Positions 45,657 through 55,762 of a stretch of 64,000 nt of DNA are shown piece after piece. The notes under the pieces were generated by a model. It made no database searches. It was not told where the DNA came from and was given only the letters and a program-made list of their open reading frames with translations. Position 1 is the first letter of the stretch; the number at the start of each line of letters is the position of its first letter. The DNA comes from Acidimicrobiia bacterium. GTDB taxonomy: Bacteria; Acidobacteriota; Vicinamibacteria; Vicinamibacterales; SCN-69-37. The DNA is taken from assembly GCA_016871335.1 (NCBI GenBank), contig VFZF01000009.1, forward strand, positions 34,267-98,266, given 5' to 3'. The translations under genes were made by a program, and so were the position numbers.

Positions 45657-46253
45657 GTGTTTACCGGCTTGATTGAGACAACCGGCCAAGTGTCCACGGG
45701 GGTCAGTGGTGACACCGGCGGGCGTGTGGTCATCGAGACGACGCTCGGCGCGGAACTGGCCGTGGGCGACAGCATCGCCGTGAATGGCGTCTGCCTGACC
45801 GCGGTCGTTGTTGGTCCTTCGTCATTTGAAGCCGATGTGTCGCCACAGACCGTGCGTGTGACCACGGCCGGACGTTGGCAGACAGGCCGCCGCGTGAATC
45901 TTGAGCGTCCGCTGCGGGCGGATGCGCGGCTGGGCGGACATTTTGTGCTCGGGCATGTTGACGGCGTCTCGGCGTTGCTGGCGGTGCGCGCGGAGTCGGG
46001 CAGTTACCGGCTCGAGTGTTCCCTGCCCGCAGAGCTGGCGTCGCTGGTGATCCCGAAAGGATCAATTGCCGTGGACGGCATCAGTCTGACGGTGGCGGAT
46101 CTACAGGCCGGCCGGTTTGCCGTGCAGATCATTCCGCACACGTGGTCTGCCACCACGTTGTCGGATCTGCAGGTCGGCGATGTCGTGAATCTCGAAGTGG
46201 ACGTGCTCGGTAAACACGTGGCGCGGGTGGTCGAACTGGGGAGGATCTCGTGA
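45657..46253 (+). CDS. ribE: riboflavin synthase
   Basis: ORF 45621..46253 was trimmed to the GTG at 45657 ([12 protein letters not shown]). It has a duplicated lumazine-binding repeat ([12 protein letters not shown] / [11 protein letters not shown]). Confidence 0.88.
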   Translation: MFTGLIETTGQVSTGVSGDTGGRVVIETTLGAELAVGDSIAVNGVCLTAVVVGPSSFEADVSPQTVRVTTAGRWQTGRRVNLERPLRADARLGGHFVLGHVDGVSALLAVRAESGSYRLECSLPAELASLVIPKGSIAVDGISLTVADLQAGRFAVQIIPHTWSATTLSDLQVGDVVNLEVDVLGKHVARVVELGRIS

Positions 46254-47494
46254 AGAAGGCGCCGTTGCGTCTGGCGAAAGGGCGTCGTTCAACGCCATTC
46301 GCGGACATTGAAGAGGCCGTGGCTGCGTTGAAGGCCGGCAAGATGATCGTCGTGGTCGACGACGAGGACCGCGAGAACGAAGGCGATCTGACGATGGCGG
46401 CCTCAAAGGTCACGCCCGAAGCCATCAATTTCATGGTGAAACACGGGCGCGGCCTGGTGTGCCTCGCCATGACGCCCGAACGGCTGGATCACCTCGACAT
46501 TCCGCTCGAAGCCAGCGACCATTCCGCCCGCCGCGAGACCGCGTTCTGTGTGTCGATCGACGCCAAGAAAGGGACGACCACCGGCATCTCGGCTGCCGAC
46601 CGCGCCAAAACCATCAAGGTGGCGATCGGCCGCGACTCCGGACCTCGCGATCTCTCGCGGCCGGGCCACGTCTTCCCCTTGCGTGCGCGCCCGGGCGGCG
46701 TGCTTGTGCGGTCCGGCCACACGGAAGCGGCGGTGGATCTCTCCCGTATCGCCGGCCTGCCGCCGGCCGGCGTGATCTGCGAAATTCTGAATGACGACGG
46801 CACGATGGCGCGGGTGCCCGAGCTCGTGAAGTTCGCGAAGAAGCACAAGATGCCGATCATCACGATCGCTGATCTCATCCGGTACCGCATGCGGACCGAG
46901 ACCATGGTGACGCGGGTGGCCCGGGCGGCGTTGCCGACGGCGCATGGCCCATTCGAGATCTTCGCGTACCAGTCCGGCATCGACGGCGAGACGCACGTCG
47001 CGCTTGTGAAAGGCGACATCAGCTCGAGCGAGCGCATCCTCGTGCGCGTGCACTCGAAATGCCTCACCGGCGACGTGTTCCATTCGCTGCGATGTGATTG
47101 CGGTCCGCAGCTCGACACCGCGATGCAGCGCATCGCGCAGGAAGGGCAGGGCGTGCTGCTGTACCTGCATCAGGAAGGGCGCGGGATCGGCCTCGGCAAC
47201 AAGATCAAGGCGTACGAACTTCAGGATCAGGGGCTCGATACCGTCGAGGCCAATGAGCGGCTCGGGTTCAAGCCCGACCAGCGCGACTACGGCATCGGCG
47301 CGCAGATTCTGCGCGACCTGGGCATCCGGTCGATGCGCCTGCTCACCAACAACCCGCGGAAGTTCGTCGGCCTCGAAGGCTACGGGTTGTCCGTCGTCGA
47401 GTCCGTGCCGATCGAGATTGCCGCGACCAACGACACGCGCAAGTACATGAAGACCAAGAAGGACAAACTCGGGCATAAACTGTCATCGGTCTGA
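46250..47494 (+). CDS. ribBA: bifunctional 3,4-dihydroxy-2-butanone-4-phosphate synthase / GTP cyclohydrolase II
   Basis: The 414-aa ORF contains [20 protein letters not shown] and a CxxC...C zinc site (RCDCG). Confidence 0.92.
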   Translation: MKKAPLRLAKGRRSTPFADIEEAVAALKAGKMIVVVDDEDRENEGDLTMAASKVTPEAINFMVKHGRGLVCLAMTPERLDHLDIPLEASDHSARRETAFCVSIDAKKGTTTGISAADRAKTIKVAIGRDSGPRDLSRPGHVFPLRARPGGVLVRSGHTEAAVDLSRIAGLPPAGVICEILNDDGTMARVPELVKFAKKHKMPIITIADLIRYRMRTETMVTRVARAALPTAHGPFEIFAYQSGIDGETHVALVKGDISSSERILVRVHSKCLTGDVFHSLRCDCGPQLDTAMQRIAQEGQGVLLYLHQEGRGIGLGNKIKAYELQDQGLDTVEANERLGFKPDQRDYGIGAQILRDLGIRSMRLLTNNPRKFVGLEGYGLSVVESVPIEIAATNDTRKYMKTKKDKLGHKLSSV

Positions 47495-48366
47495 TGAGCA
47501 TGGCTAAAGCTCCTGGGCTTCGAACAGCGTTTGGTGTCGCACTTCAGCTGACGGTACTCGCGTCGGGTTTGCTGCTGGCGGCGCCGCAGGATGTGCCGCT
47601 TGAGACGCTGCAGGCGCGTCTCGCGGACTACATCGAGGCGTACGAACGCGACCTCGCGGCGGTCGTCTCCGAAGAACACTACGTGCAGGAATCGACGGGC
47701 CAGTCGACCCTGTGGCCAGGGATGCGCACGCTCAAGTCGGAGTTCCTGCTGACGCGCGTGTCCACACCTGCGGAAGGCGATTCGGGGTGGGTGGCGTTCC
47801 GCGACGTGTTTGAGGTGGATGGCACGCCTGTGCAGGATCGGAGCGGCCGGCTCATCCAGCTCTTCCTGACGCCCACAGGCGACTCCCTCACCCAGGTCCA
47901 CCGCATCGTCGAAGAAAGCGCCAAACACAATCTGGGATGGGTGCGCCGCACGGTCAATGTGCCGACGATGGTGCTGCAGTTTGGGAAACGCAGTGAGCAG
48001 GCGCGGTCGCAGTTCCGCCGGGGCGCGAAGGCGAAGGTCGGAGAGCACGAGGTGCGCGAACTCCGGTTCACGGAGCGCGCCACGCCGCGGGTGATTCAGA
48101 CGATCGACAACGCTGCGGCACAGGGCACGTTCTGGATCGATGAAACAACGGGCCGGGTGCATCGCACGGAGATGCGTATTTCCACAGGTTCCACGTCTGT
48201 GGTCATCGGCGTGTCCTACGCGCTTCAGTCCGCCCTGGAGATGTGGTTGCCGGTGCTGATGAGCGAGCGGTACTCGACACCGCGGCAGCCCATCATCACG
48301 GGCCGCGCGATCTACCAGAACTTCAGGCGGTTCAACGTGACGGTGGACACGATCGTGAAGAAATGA
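47494..48366 (+). CDS. hypothetical secreted protein (290 aa)
   Basis: The ORF's ATG overlaps the ribBA stop by 1 nt. It has a signal-peptide-like N-terminus. I recognise no family. Confidence 0.65.
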   Translation: MSMAKAPGLRTAFGVALQLTVLASGLLLAAPQDVPLETLQARLADYIEAYERDLAAVVSEEHYVQESTGQSTLWPGMRTLKSEFLLTRVSTPAEGDSGWVAFRDVFEVDGTPVQDRSGRLIQLFLTPTGDSLTQVHRIVEESAKHNLGWVRRTVNVPTMVLQFGKRSEQARSQFRRGAKAKVGEHEVRELRFTERATPRVIQTIDNAAAQGTFWIDETTGRVHRTEMRISTGSTSVVIGVSYALQSALEMWLPVLMSERYSTPRQPIITGRAIYQNFRRFNVTVDTIVKK

Positions 48367-48368
48367 AC

Positions 48369-48391
48369 GGGTGGGCGGCTGGGTGGCTGGG
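48369..48391 (+). repeat. G-run array (GGG-T-GGG-CGGCT-GGG-TGGCT-GGG)
   Basis: Read directly after the stop at 48364-48366. There are four G3 runs with loops of 1, 5 and 5 nt, followed by a REP copy. Confidence 0.7.
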
Positions 48392-48394
48392 TAC

Positions 48395-48421
48395 GTAGGG
48401 CGGCCTGGGTTGCAGGCTGCC
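48395..48421 (+). repeat. REP-like hairpin, forward orientation
   Basis: gtag-ggcggcct-gggttgc-aggctgcc, with one G-T position in the stem. Confidence 0.7.
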
Positions 48422-48434
48422 ATGGGAGGCACGA

Positions 48435-51149
48435 GTGATACGTCGGATTCTTGCAGCGGCAATTGTGATTTCGGCGACCGCGTCCGTGTTCGCGCAGTCG
48501 CGCCTCGCGCCGGATATTCTCAAGAGCTTCGAGTTCCGGAACATGGGGCCGTTCAGAGCGGGCGCATGGGTCACGGACTTTGCGGTGCCGGCGGCGCCGG
48601 AACGCTCACATCGGTACACGTTCTACGTCGGCACGCGCAATGGAGGCGTGTGGAAGACGACGAACAACGGTGCGACGTTTGAGCCCATTTTCGACGCGAT
48701 GGCCCAGCAGTCGATCGGCGCCGTCGCGGTGGCCCCGTCCGATGAACGGGTCGTGTGGGTCGGCACGGGCGAGTCGTTTGTGGTGCGGTATTCGTATCCC
48801 GGCGACGGCGTCTACAAGTCCACCGATGCCGGCGCGACGTGGCAGCACATGGGGCTGCGGCCGACACAGCACATCTCGCGCATCCTCATCCACCCGAAAG
48901 ATCCCGACGTCGTGTACGTGGCGTCGATGGGGCCGCTCCATACGAAGTCGCCGGATCGCGGCGTGTATCGGACGCGTGATGGCGGGGGGACGTGGGACAA
49001 GGTGCTGTTTGTGAACGACGAGGTCGGCGTCATCGAGATGGTGATGGACCCGTCGAATCCCGACGTCCTGTACGCGGCGACCTATGACAAGGAACGTGTC
49101 GCGTGGCGCCTGCGGCAGGGTGGCCCCGGCAGCGGCATCCACAAGACGACCGACGCCGGCGCGACGTGGACGCGACTTGAGGGCGGCCTGCCGGAAGGCA
49201 ACATCGGCAGGATCGGCCTTGACGTGTTCCGGGGCAACTCGAACATCCTCTACGCGCTCGTCGAGAACATCAACCCGCGTCCCGCAGGCCTGCCGCAGCC
49301 GAACGCGGTGGGTGGTGGCATTGGCGAGGTGTATCGATCCGAGGATGCGGGACGGACGTGGCGGTTGACGCACGATCGCGCGATCAACGTCGGCGGGAAG
49401 GCGCCGTACTCGTTCAACTGGCTCAAGATCGATCCGAAGGACGACCAGCGCGTGTGGGTGACCAGTGTGTGGGTGGCGCACACGACCGACGGCGGAAAGA
49501 CCTGGCACGATCTCGAGAACAGCCGATCCCGCTTCACCAACATGTTCGGTGACATTCGCGCCATCTGGGTGGATCCCGACGACCCGGAGCGGCTCCTGGT
49601 GGGATCGGACGGTGGCGTCTACCAGACGCTGGATGCGGGCCGCACCGTCAAGCATTACGCCAACCTGCCGCTGGGCGAGATCTACGCACTGGCCGTGGAC
49701 ATGGACGATCCGTATCACGTGCACGCCGGACTGCAGGATCACGAGTCCTGGCGCGCCCCGATCAACGGTTTCGCCGGGCGTGTCAGCACCGAACAGTGGG
49801 TGACCGTAGGCATGGGCGACGGCATGTACAACGCCGTCGATCCCACTGACAGCCAGTGGGTCTACAACACGCAGCAATTCGGGCTGCACTTCCGCCAGAA
49901 CGTGCGCACAGGAGAGCGGACGAGTATCGCGCCGCCGGCGCCCTCCCCAAACTCGGCTGAGCCGCGCAACCGCTACACCTGGGTCGCGCCGCTGGTGTTG
50001 TCGCCACACGATCCGAAGACATTGCTGGCCGGCGCACAGAAGGTGTTCCGCTCGACCGATCAGGGCAACTCGTGGACCGCGATCAGCGGGGACTTGTCGA
50101 GTGCCGAGGGGGCCGCCACTGAGATTCCCGGCAGCCCGTGCACGATCACGCGTGTCGGCGATGGCAACGTCTGGTACTGCACCATCACCACACTCGCGGA
50201 GTCGGCCCACACCAAGGGCGTGATGTGGGCGGCTACCGATGACGGGCGGATCCACGTCACGCGCAATGACGGCGGCGCGTGGTCGAACGTGACGGCGGCG
50301 ATTCAGGCCGCCGGTGCGCCGCGCGACTACTGGTTCACGCGCGTGACGCCGTCGCGTCATGCGGCCGGCACCGCCTACGCCACGATCACCGGGTTCCATC
50401 GCGACGACTTCAGGCCGTTTGTCTACCGCACGGATGACTTCGGGGCGACGTGGCGAGCACTGACGGCGACGCTGCCCGCCGCCGCGTCCACCAACGTCAT
50501 CGTCGAGGACCACACCAACCGGGCGCTCCTGTTCCTGGGCACTGATCGCGGACTCTTCGCGAGTCTCGACGCGGGCGTCACCTGGGTGCCGTTCCACGCG
50601 AACATGCCCATCGTGCCGGTGCGCGACCTCGTCATTCACCCGCGCGAAAACGACCTCATCGCCGGCACCCACGGCCGCGGTGTGTGGGTGACCGACATCA
50701 CGCCGCTCCAGCAGCTCTCCGCCGACGTGCTCGCCAAGCCGATCCACCTGTTCGCGCCTGAGCCCAAGGGCCTCCGCATTGAAAGCGACTGGGGCAACTA
50801 TCGGTTGTACGGCGACGACGTGCTGGCGACGCCGAACGAGCCGAACGGCATGTCCATCGTGTTCTGGCAGCGGGAGGCCTCGGCCGGGCCGGTGACCATC
50901 CGGGTGACCAACGGGGAGGGCCAGACGGTGTTCACCCAGCAGGTCCAGTCAGGCACGGGGATTCGCCGCGTGCTCTGGAATCTGAGGGCGGGCGGCGGGG
51001 GTGGCGGCCGCGGCGGGCGGGGCGGCGGGGGAGCCATGGCCCCGGCCGGGACCTACCAGGTCACCCTGGAGGCCGGGGGCCAGACCCAGACCCAGCCGGC
51101 CACGGTCAAGCCACCTGTGTCCCTGCCCCGGATCTCCGGCGCGAGGTAG
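48435..51149 (+). CDS. secreted BNR/Asp-box repeat beta-propeller protein (sortilin/VPS10- or GH74-like)
   Basis: GTG start after GGGAGG, with a signal peptide. It has many SxDxGxTW boxes (STDAGATW, TRDGGGTW, TTDAGATW, SEDAGRTW, TTDGGKTW, STDQGNSW). There is a Gly-rich stretch near the C-terminus. Confidence 0.8.
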   Translation: MIRRILAAAIVISATASVFAQSRLAPDILKSFEFRNMGPFRAGAWVTDFAVPAAPERSHRYTFYVGTRNGGVWKTTNNGATFEPIFDAMAQQSIGAVAVAPSDERVVWVGTGESFVVRYSYPGDGVYKSTDAGATWQHMGLRPTQHISRILIHPKDPDVVYVASMGPLHTKSPDRGVYRTRDGGGTWDKVLFVNDEVGVIEMVMDPSNPDVLYAATYDKERVAWRLRQGGPGSGIHKTTDAGATWTRLEGGLPEGNIGRIGLDVFRGNSNILYALVENINPRPAGLPQPNAVGGGIGEVYRSEDAGRTWRLTHDRAINVGGKAPYSFNWLKIDPKDDQRVWVTSVWVAHTTDGGKTWHDLENSRSRFTNMFGDIRAIWVDPDDPERLLVGSDGGVYQTLDAGRTVKHYANLPLGEIYALAVDMDDPYHVHAGLQDHESWRAPINGFAGRVSTEQWVTVGMGDGMYNAVDPTDSQWVYNTQQFGLHFRQNVRTGERTSIAPPAPSPNSAEPRNRYTWVAPLVLSPHDPKTLLAGAQKVFRSTDQGNSWTAISGDLSSAEGAATEIPGSPCTITRVGDGNVWYCTITTLAESAHTKGVMWAATDDGRIHVTRNDGGAWSNVTAAIQAAGAPRDYWFTRVTPSRHAAGTAYATITGFHRDDFRPFVYRTDDFGATWRALTATLPAAASTNVIVEDHTNRALLFLGTDRGLFASLDAGVTWVPFHANMPIVPVRDLVIHPRENDLIAGTHGRGVWVTDITPLQQLSADVLAKPIHLFAPEPKGLRIESDWGNYRLYGDDVLATPNEPNGMSIVFWQREASAGPVTIRVTNGEGQTVFTQQVQSGTGIRRVLWNLRAGGGGGGRGGRGGGGAMAPAGTYQVTLEAGGQTQTQPATVKPPVSLPRISGAR

Positions 51150-51215
51150 GGGAACCTGTTGTAAGATAGCGGTTTGCGTCCGGACGAAGTGTGCCCGGAG
51201 TGCATGTGCGTTGTT

Positions 51216-52568
51216 ATGTTGGACTCGTTAAGCACCAGGCTGCAGGACGTCTTCAAGACGCTTCGAGGGCAGTCGCGCCTGACCGAAGACGCGGTCGACG
51301 CGGCCCTGCGGGAAATCCGCCTGGCGCTGCTCGAGGCCGACGTCAACTTCCGCGTCGTCAAGGCGTTCATCGACCGCGTGCGGGCGAAGGCGATTGGCGA
51401 CGAGGTGTTGCGGAGCCTGACGCCGGACCAGCAGGTTGTGCGCATCGTGCGCGACGAACTGCTCGCCCTGTTTGGCGAGGTTACCGGCGGGCTCACGGAG
51501 ACCGCACGGAAACCGCGCGTGGTGTTGATGCTGGGCCTCCAGGGCTCGGGCAAGACGACCACGACGGCGAAATTGGGACGCTGGCTGGCACAGCAGGGCA
51601 AGCATCCCCTGGTGGTGTCCACCGACGTGCGGCGGCCGGCCGCCATCCAGCAGCTCTCGGTGCTGGCGAAGCAGGTCGGCGTGCGGGTTCACGATCCCGA
51701 GGGGGAGATGGACCCGGTCGTGCGCGCGGCGGGTGCGCTCGCGATGACGACGCAGCTCGGGTTCGACACGTTGATTGTCGACACCGCGGGCCGTCTGCAC
51801 ATCGACGACGAGTTGATGGCGGAGTTGGATGCGATCGCGAACGCGGTGGATCCGACCGACCGCCTCTACGTCGCCGATGCGATGACGGGGCAGGACGCCA
51901 TCCGGAGCGCGGGCGAGTTCAACGCGCGCACCGGCGTCACCGGCGTCGTGCTGACGAAGCTCGACGGAGACCAGCGCGGTGGCGCGGCGTTGTCGGTGGT
52001 GGGGGTCGTGGGCGTGCCGATTGCCTTTGTGGGCGTCGGCGAGCGCCCGCAGGATTTGGAGCCGTTCCATGCGGACCGGCTCGTCTCGCGGATGTTGGGG
52101 ATGGGCGACGTCCTCACGCTCATCGAGCGTGCGGAAGCGGCGCTTGATGACGACACCCGCGAGAAGCTCGAGAAGAAGACGCGGCTTGATGACTTCACGC
52201 TGGAGGATTTTGCGGACCAGCTGAAGACGTTGAAGAAGATGGGGCCGCTCGAACAGGTGCTCGGGATGATCCCGGGCCTGGGGGCAATGAAGCAGGCGGC
52301 GAACGCCGGCGCCCAGGTGGACGAGAAGCAGTTGACCCGTGTGCAGGCGATCATCAGTTCAATGACGCTGGAGGAACGGGCGGATCATCAGCTGCTCAAC
52401 GGCAGTCGCCGAAAGCGCATCGCGCGCGGCAGCGGCACGACGGTGGAAGACGTGAATCGGCTGCTCAAGCAGTTCGTCGAGATGCGCAAGATGCTCAAGA
52501 CGATGAGCGCCGCAGGTGGTGGTCGCAAGGGCCAGCAACGCATGATGCAGATGATGCGCGGCAAGTAG
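51216..52568 (+). CDS. ffh: signal recognition particle protein Ffh
   Basis: ORF 51174..52568 was trimmed to MLDSLSTRLQDVFKTLRG at 51216. It contains GLQGSGKTTT, DTAGR and a Met-rich M domain. Confidence 0.93.
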   Translation: MLDSLSTRLQDVFKTLRGQSRLTEDAVDAALREIRLALLEADVNFRVVKAFIDRVRAKAIGDEVLRSLTPDQQVVRIVRDELLALFGEVTGGLTETARKPRVVLMLGLQGSGKTTTTAKLGRWLAQQGKHPLVVSTDVRRPAAIQQLSVLAKQVGVRVHDPEGEMDPVVRAAGALAMTTQLGFDTLIVDTAGRLHIDDELMAELDAIANAVDPTDRLYVADAMTGQDAIRSAGEFNARTGVTGVVLTKLDGDQRGGAALSVVGVVGVPIAFVGVGERPQDLEPFHADRLVSRMLGMGDVLTLIERAEAALDDDTREKLEKKTRLDDFTLEDFADQLKTLKKMGPLEQVLGMIPGLGAMKQAANAGAQVDEKQLTRVQAIISSMTLEERADHQLLNGSRRKRIARGSGTTVEDVNRLLKQFVEMRKMLKTMSAAGGGRKGQQRMMQMMRGK

Positions 52569-52624
52569 CTGGGCTGCTGGGCGGTTGGGCTGCTGGGCGG
52601 TTGGGCGGTTGGGCGGTTGGGCGG
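52569..52624 (+). repeat. about 7 x 8-nt GGGCKGYT tandem array (G-run rich)
   Basis: ctgggctgctgggcggttgggctgctgggcggttgggcggttgggcggttgggcgg lies directly after the ffh stop. Confidence 0.85.
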
Positions 52625-52635
52625 ATTTGATGGAG

Positions 52636-52655
52636 GCCGAAGCTTCAGCTTCGGC
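52636..52655 (+). other. perfect 8-bp stem-loop upstream of rpsP
   Basis: gccgaagc-ttca-gcttcggc has no following T-tract. It ends 5 nt before the GGAGG of rpsP. Confidence 0.6.
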
Positions 52656-52672
52656 AATTGTGGAGGTAGTAG

Positions 52673-52939
52673 ATGGTAGTGATTCGTATGCGGCGTGCGG
52701 GTTCGAAGAACCGGCCGTTTTTCCGCATTGTGGTGACGGAATCGGCGGCGGCGCGTGAAGGCCGTTTCATCGAGATCATCGGGCATTACAACCCGCGGAC
52801 CAAGCCCGAGACGCTGACGCTCGATCGTGAACGCCTGGCACACTGGGTGAGCAAGGGCGCGCAGCCGTCGGACACGTTGCGCACGTTGATTGCGCGCGCG
52901 CCGGTGGCAGCGGACGCGGCGGCGCCGGCGGCCCAGTGA
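52673..52939 (+). CDS. rpsP: 30S ribosomal protein S16
   Basis: It starts MVVIRMRRAGSKNRPFFRIVV and contains GHYNP. Confidence 0.93.
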   Translation: MVVIRMRRAGSKNRPFFRIVVTESAAAREGRFIEIIGHYNPRTKPETLTLDRERLAHWVSKGAQPSDTLRTLIARAPVAADAAAPAAQ

Positions 52940-53178
52940 GCCGCGCACGCGACGTCGTTGAAGTCGTCGCGCGGGCACTTGCGAGCCAGCCGGACGAGGT
53001 CGATGTCATTGAAGTGCCGCGCCGCGGCACCACGATCATCGAACTCACGATGGCCCCGGGCGACCTCGGACGCGTGATCGGACGCCAGGGCCGGACGGCC
53101 TCCGCGGTGCGCACACTGGCGACGGCCGCCGGGGAACTCGACGGTGAACGCGTCACGGTCGACTTTCGAGACGATTAA
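52936..53178 (+). CDS. KH-domain RNA-binding protein (UPF0109/YlqC-like)
   Basis: The 80-aa ORF contains GRVIGRQGRTASAVRTL (GxxG KH motif). It holds the conserved position between rpsP and rimM. Confidence 0.85.
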   Translation: MSRARDVVEVVARALASQPDEVDVIEVPRRGTTIIELTMAPGDLGRVIGRQGRTASAVRTLATAAGELDGERVTVDFRDD

Positions 53179-53180
53179 CG

Positions 53181-53212
53181 GCTTGGCTGATGGGCGGTTG
53201 GGCGGATGGCCA
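53181..53212 (+). repeat. 4 x 8-nt GGNTKGSC array overlapping the rimM start
   Basis: ggcttggc/tgatgggc/ggttgggc/ggatggcc. The rimM ATG (53206) lies inside the last unit. Confidence 0.7.
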
Positions 53213-53751
53213 GTTCTGAGCCGGTGACAATTGGCCGGATTGTTCGGCCGCATGGCCTGAAGGGCGATGTGGTCGTGGAGTCGGCCACGGATTTTGGCGA
53301 GACGCGTTTCCGCAAGGGGGCCCGGGTCACGATTGGTGGTGGTCGCGAGTTGACGATTGCCGCGAGCCGGCCGCAGGGGGATCGGTGGGTCGTGCGGTTC
53401 ACCGGCCTCGAGACGATCGAGGCGGTCGAAGGTCTTCGCGATCGGGAGTTGCAGATCGAGCCGGACGCACTCGGCGCGTTGCCGGCGGGGCAGTATTACC
53501 TGCACGATCTGGTGGGGTGCACGGTGGAGACGGTCGACGGTCAGGTGGTGGGGCCGGTCGCCATTGTGTATACCGGGGCCGCCCAGGCGGTGCTCGGGAT
53601 TAACGGGCCTGGGGGCGAAGTGCTCGTGCCGATGGCCGGTGAGATTTGCCGCGAGGTCGACATCGCGGCACGGCGGATTGTGATCGCGCCCCCTGAGGGG
53701 TTGCTGGACGCCAATCGGCCGACATGCGAGGGGACCCGTGCTCACGATTGA
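53206..53751 (+). CDS. rimM: 16S rRNA processing protein RimM
   Basis: It contains GRIVRPHGLKGDVVV and a PRC-barrel C-terminal domain. Confidence 0.88.
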   Translation: MASSEPVTIGRIVRPHGLKGDVVVESATDFGETRFRKGARVTIGGGRELTIAASRPQGDRWVVRFTGLETIEAVEGLRDRELQIEPDALGALPAGQYYLHDLVGCTVETVDGQVVGPVAIVYTGAAQAVLGINGPGGEVLVPMAGEICREVDIAARRIVIAPPEGLLDANRPTCEGTRAHD

Positions 53752-54502
53752 TGTCGTGACCATCTTCCCCGCCATGGTCGAAGCGGTGCTGGTCGATGGG
53801 GTGGTGGCCAGAGCGCGGACGAAGGGATTGGTCGATGTGCAGGCGCGGGATTTGCGCGACTACACAGACGACAAACATCGGGTGGTCGACGATGTGCCGT
53901 TTGGCGGTGGACCGGGCATGGTACTCAAGCCCGAGCCGCTGTTCCGGGCGGTGGAGGCGATTACGGCGGAACGGGGCACGCCATCGGCGGTGGTGCTCCT
54001 GACGCCGCAGGGCAAGCCGCTGACGCATGCGATGGCGGCGCGGTTCTCGGGGATGGAACGGTTGGTTCTGCTCTGCGGCCGGTACGAAGGGATTGACGAG
54101 CGCGTCACCGACGCGTTTGTCACCGATGAAGTGTCCATCGGGGACTACGTGCTGACGGGTGGGGAACTGCCCGCGCTGGTCCTGATGGACGCGGTGGTGC
54201 GGCTGGTGCCGGGTGTGGTCGGCGACGAGTCGTCGGTGGCGGGTGATTCGTTTGTGCGGGGATTGCTCGATCATCCGCAGTACACGCGCCCGGCGGTGTT
54301 TCGGGATCGGGCGGTGCCGGACGTGTTGGTGTCCGGGCACCACGGCGAGATTGAACGATGGCGAGCCCGCCAGCGCGTCGAACGCACACGGGATCGTCGT
54401 CCGGAGTTGTTGGACGCCGCGGACCTCACCAGTGAGGAACGTGCGGCACGTGAGTTGTTGGAAGGCGACGCGTCGGCGTCGCCAAAGAGGAGACGGTCAT
54501 GA
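53738..54502 (+). CDS. trmD: tRNA (guanine37-N1)-methyltransferase
   Basis: It contains [31 protein letters not shown] and [11 protein letters not shown]. Confidence 0.92.
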   Translation: MLTIDVVTIFPAMVEAVLVDGVVARARTKGLVDVQARDLRDYTDDKHRVVDDVPFGGGPGMVLKPEPLFRAVEAITAERGTPSAVVLLTPQGKPLTHAMAARFSGMERLVLLCGRYEGIDERVTDAFVTDEVSIGDYVLTGGELPALVLMDAVVRLVPGVVGDESSVAGDSFVRGLLDHPQYTRPAVFRDRAVPDVLVSGHHGEIERWRARQRVERTRDRRPELLDAADLTSEERAARELLEGDASASPKRRRS

Positions 54503-54843
54503 ACGCGTTAGAGATGATTGAACAGCCCCACCTGGTGGCCCGGCCCGCGATGCGGTCCGGCGACACTGTCAAAGTGCACGTGAAGGTGCGCGAAGGCGAC
54601 AAGGAACGTATCCAGGTGTTCGAAGGCCTGGTCATCGGTCAGCACCGCGGAGGCGTGCGCGCCACGTTCACGGTGCGGAAGGTGTCCTTCGGCCAGGGGG
54701 TTGAGCGTATCTTCCCGCTGCACTCGCCGACGATCGACAAGATCGAAGTGGTGCGCAGCGCCAAGGTGCGCCGCGCGAAGCTGTACTACCTGCGCGATCT
54801 GCGCGGCAAGGCGGCTCGCATGAAGGAAAAGAAGCGGACGTAA
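54499..54843 (+). CDS. rplS: 50S ribosomal protein L19
   Basis: It contains [23 protein letters not shown] and the conserved L19 C-terminus. Confidence 0.93.
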   Translation: MNALEMIEQPHLVARPAMRSGDTVKVHVKVREGDKERIQVFEGLVIGQHRGGVRATFTVRKVSFGQGVERIFPLHSPTIDKIEVVRSAKVRRAKLYYLRDLRGKAARMKEKKRT

Positions 54844-55479
54844 ATGCCGCGGCCCCGGGCCTCGCGTGCGTTGGAAAACGCCGTGCGCCGGCTCGGGTTT
54901 GTGTACGTGGCCGGCGTCGATGAGGTCGGGCGAGGATGTCTCGCCGGCCCCGTCGTCGCCGGTGCCGTCATTCTGCATCCCGATCGCCACATCCCGGGTC
55001 TCGCGGACTCGAAGACGCTTCGTGCCGATGAGCGCGAGGCTCTGGCCGTCGAGATTCGCGCGTCTGCGGTGGCGTGTGCCACGGCCACCCTGTCGCCGTC
55101 CGATATCGATCGCCTGAACATCCACCGCGCGTCACTGACCGCCATGCGGCAGGCGGCACTCAGCCTTGTGCCGCTGCCTGGGTTTGTGTTCGTGGACGGG
55201 TTTCCGATTCCGGGATTGCCGGTGGCGCAGCGGGCGGTGATTCGTGGGGATGCCAGAGCGGCGGCGATCGCGGCCGCCTCGATCATCGCCAAAGTTGAAC
55301 GGGACGCCCTGATGTGTCGTCTGCATGACGACGATCCGCGCTACGGCTACGATCGGCACAAGGGGTATGCCACGGCCGATCATCTCGCGGCGGTGGCCAA
55401 GTACGGGTACTCCGCGGCGCACCGCCGGACGTTCCGGCCCCCGACGTTATTCGACCTTTCTGATACCATCGCTGACTGA
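54844..55479 (+). CDS. rnhB: ribonuclease HII
   Basis: It contains AGVDEVGRGCLAGPVV, DSK and AASIIAK motifs. Confidence 0.9.
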   Translation: MPRPRASRALENAVRRLGFVYVAGVDEVGRGCLAGPVVAGAVILHPDRHIPGLADSKTLRADEREALAVEIRASAVACATATLSPSDIDRLNIHRASLTAMRQAALSLVPLPGFVFVDGFPIPGLPVAQRAVIRGDARAAAIAAASIIAKVERDALMCRLHDDDPRYGYDRHKGYATADHLAAVAKYGYSAAHRRTFRPPTLFDLSDTIAD

Positions 55480-55762
55480 CAGGCCGGAGTTTCCCATTCA
55501 CTTCTTCAGTCGACTCCTCATCGCCGCGTATCTGATCGAGGCGGGACTCCTGCTGATCATGGCGCCCTGGTCCCAGCTGTGGGACCGCAACTACTTCGGC
55601 GACTTCTGGCCGTGGCTCGACGTGGTGATGGAAAACCTCTACGCGCGTGGCGCCGTCTCCGGCGTCGGGCTCATCACGGCGTGGTGCGGTGTGCGCGACC
55701 TCTGGTCTGCCATCCGCGGACGCCGGGCCGCCATGAACGATGACGCTGACGCTCGTCACTGA
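55460..55762 (+). CDS. small hypothetical membrane protein (start uncertain)
   Basis: This is the C-terminal part of ORF 55325..55762, with two hydrophobic segments (FFSRLLIAAYLIEAGLLLIMAPW; GAVSGVGLITAWCGV). There is no canonical start after the rnhB stop until the ATG at 55559, so the 5' end is a guess. Confidence 0.35.
   Translation: MIPSLTDRPEFPIHFFSRLLIAAYLIEAGLLLIMAPWSQLWDRNYFGDFWPWLDVVMENLYARGAVSGVGLITAWCGVRDLWSAIRGRRAAMNDDADARH

Noticed and set aside
48606-50747. 713-aa minus-strand ORF
   Set aside because: It is antisense to the BNR/Asp-box repeat protein and is a shadow ORF.
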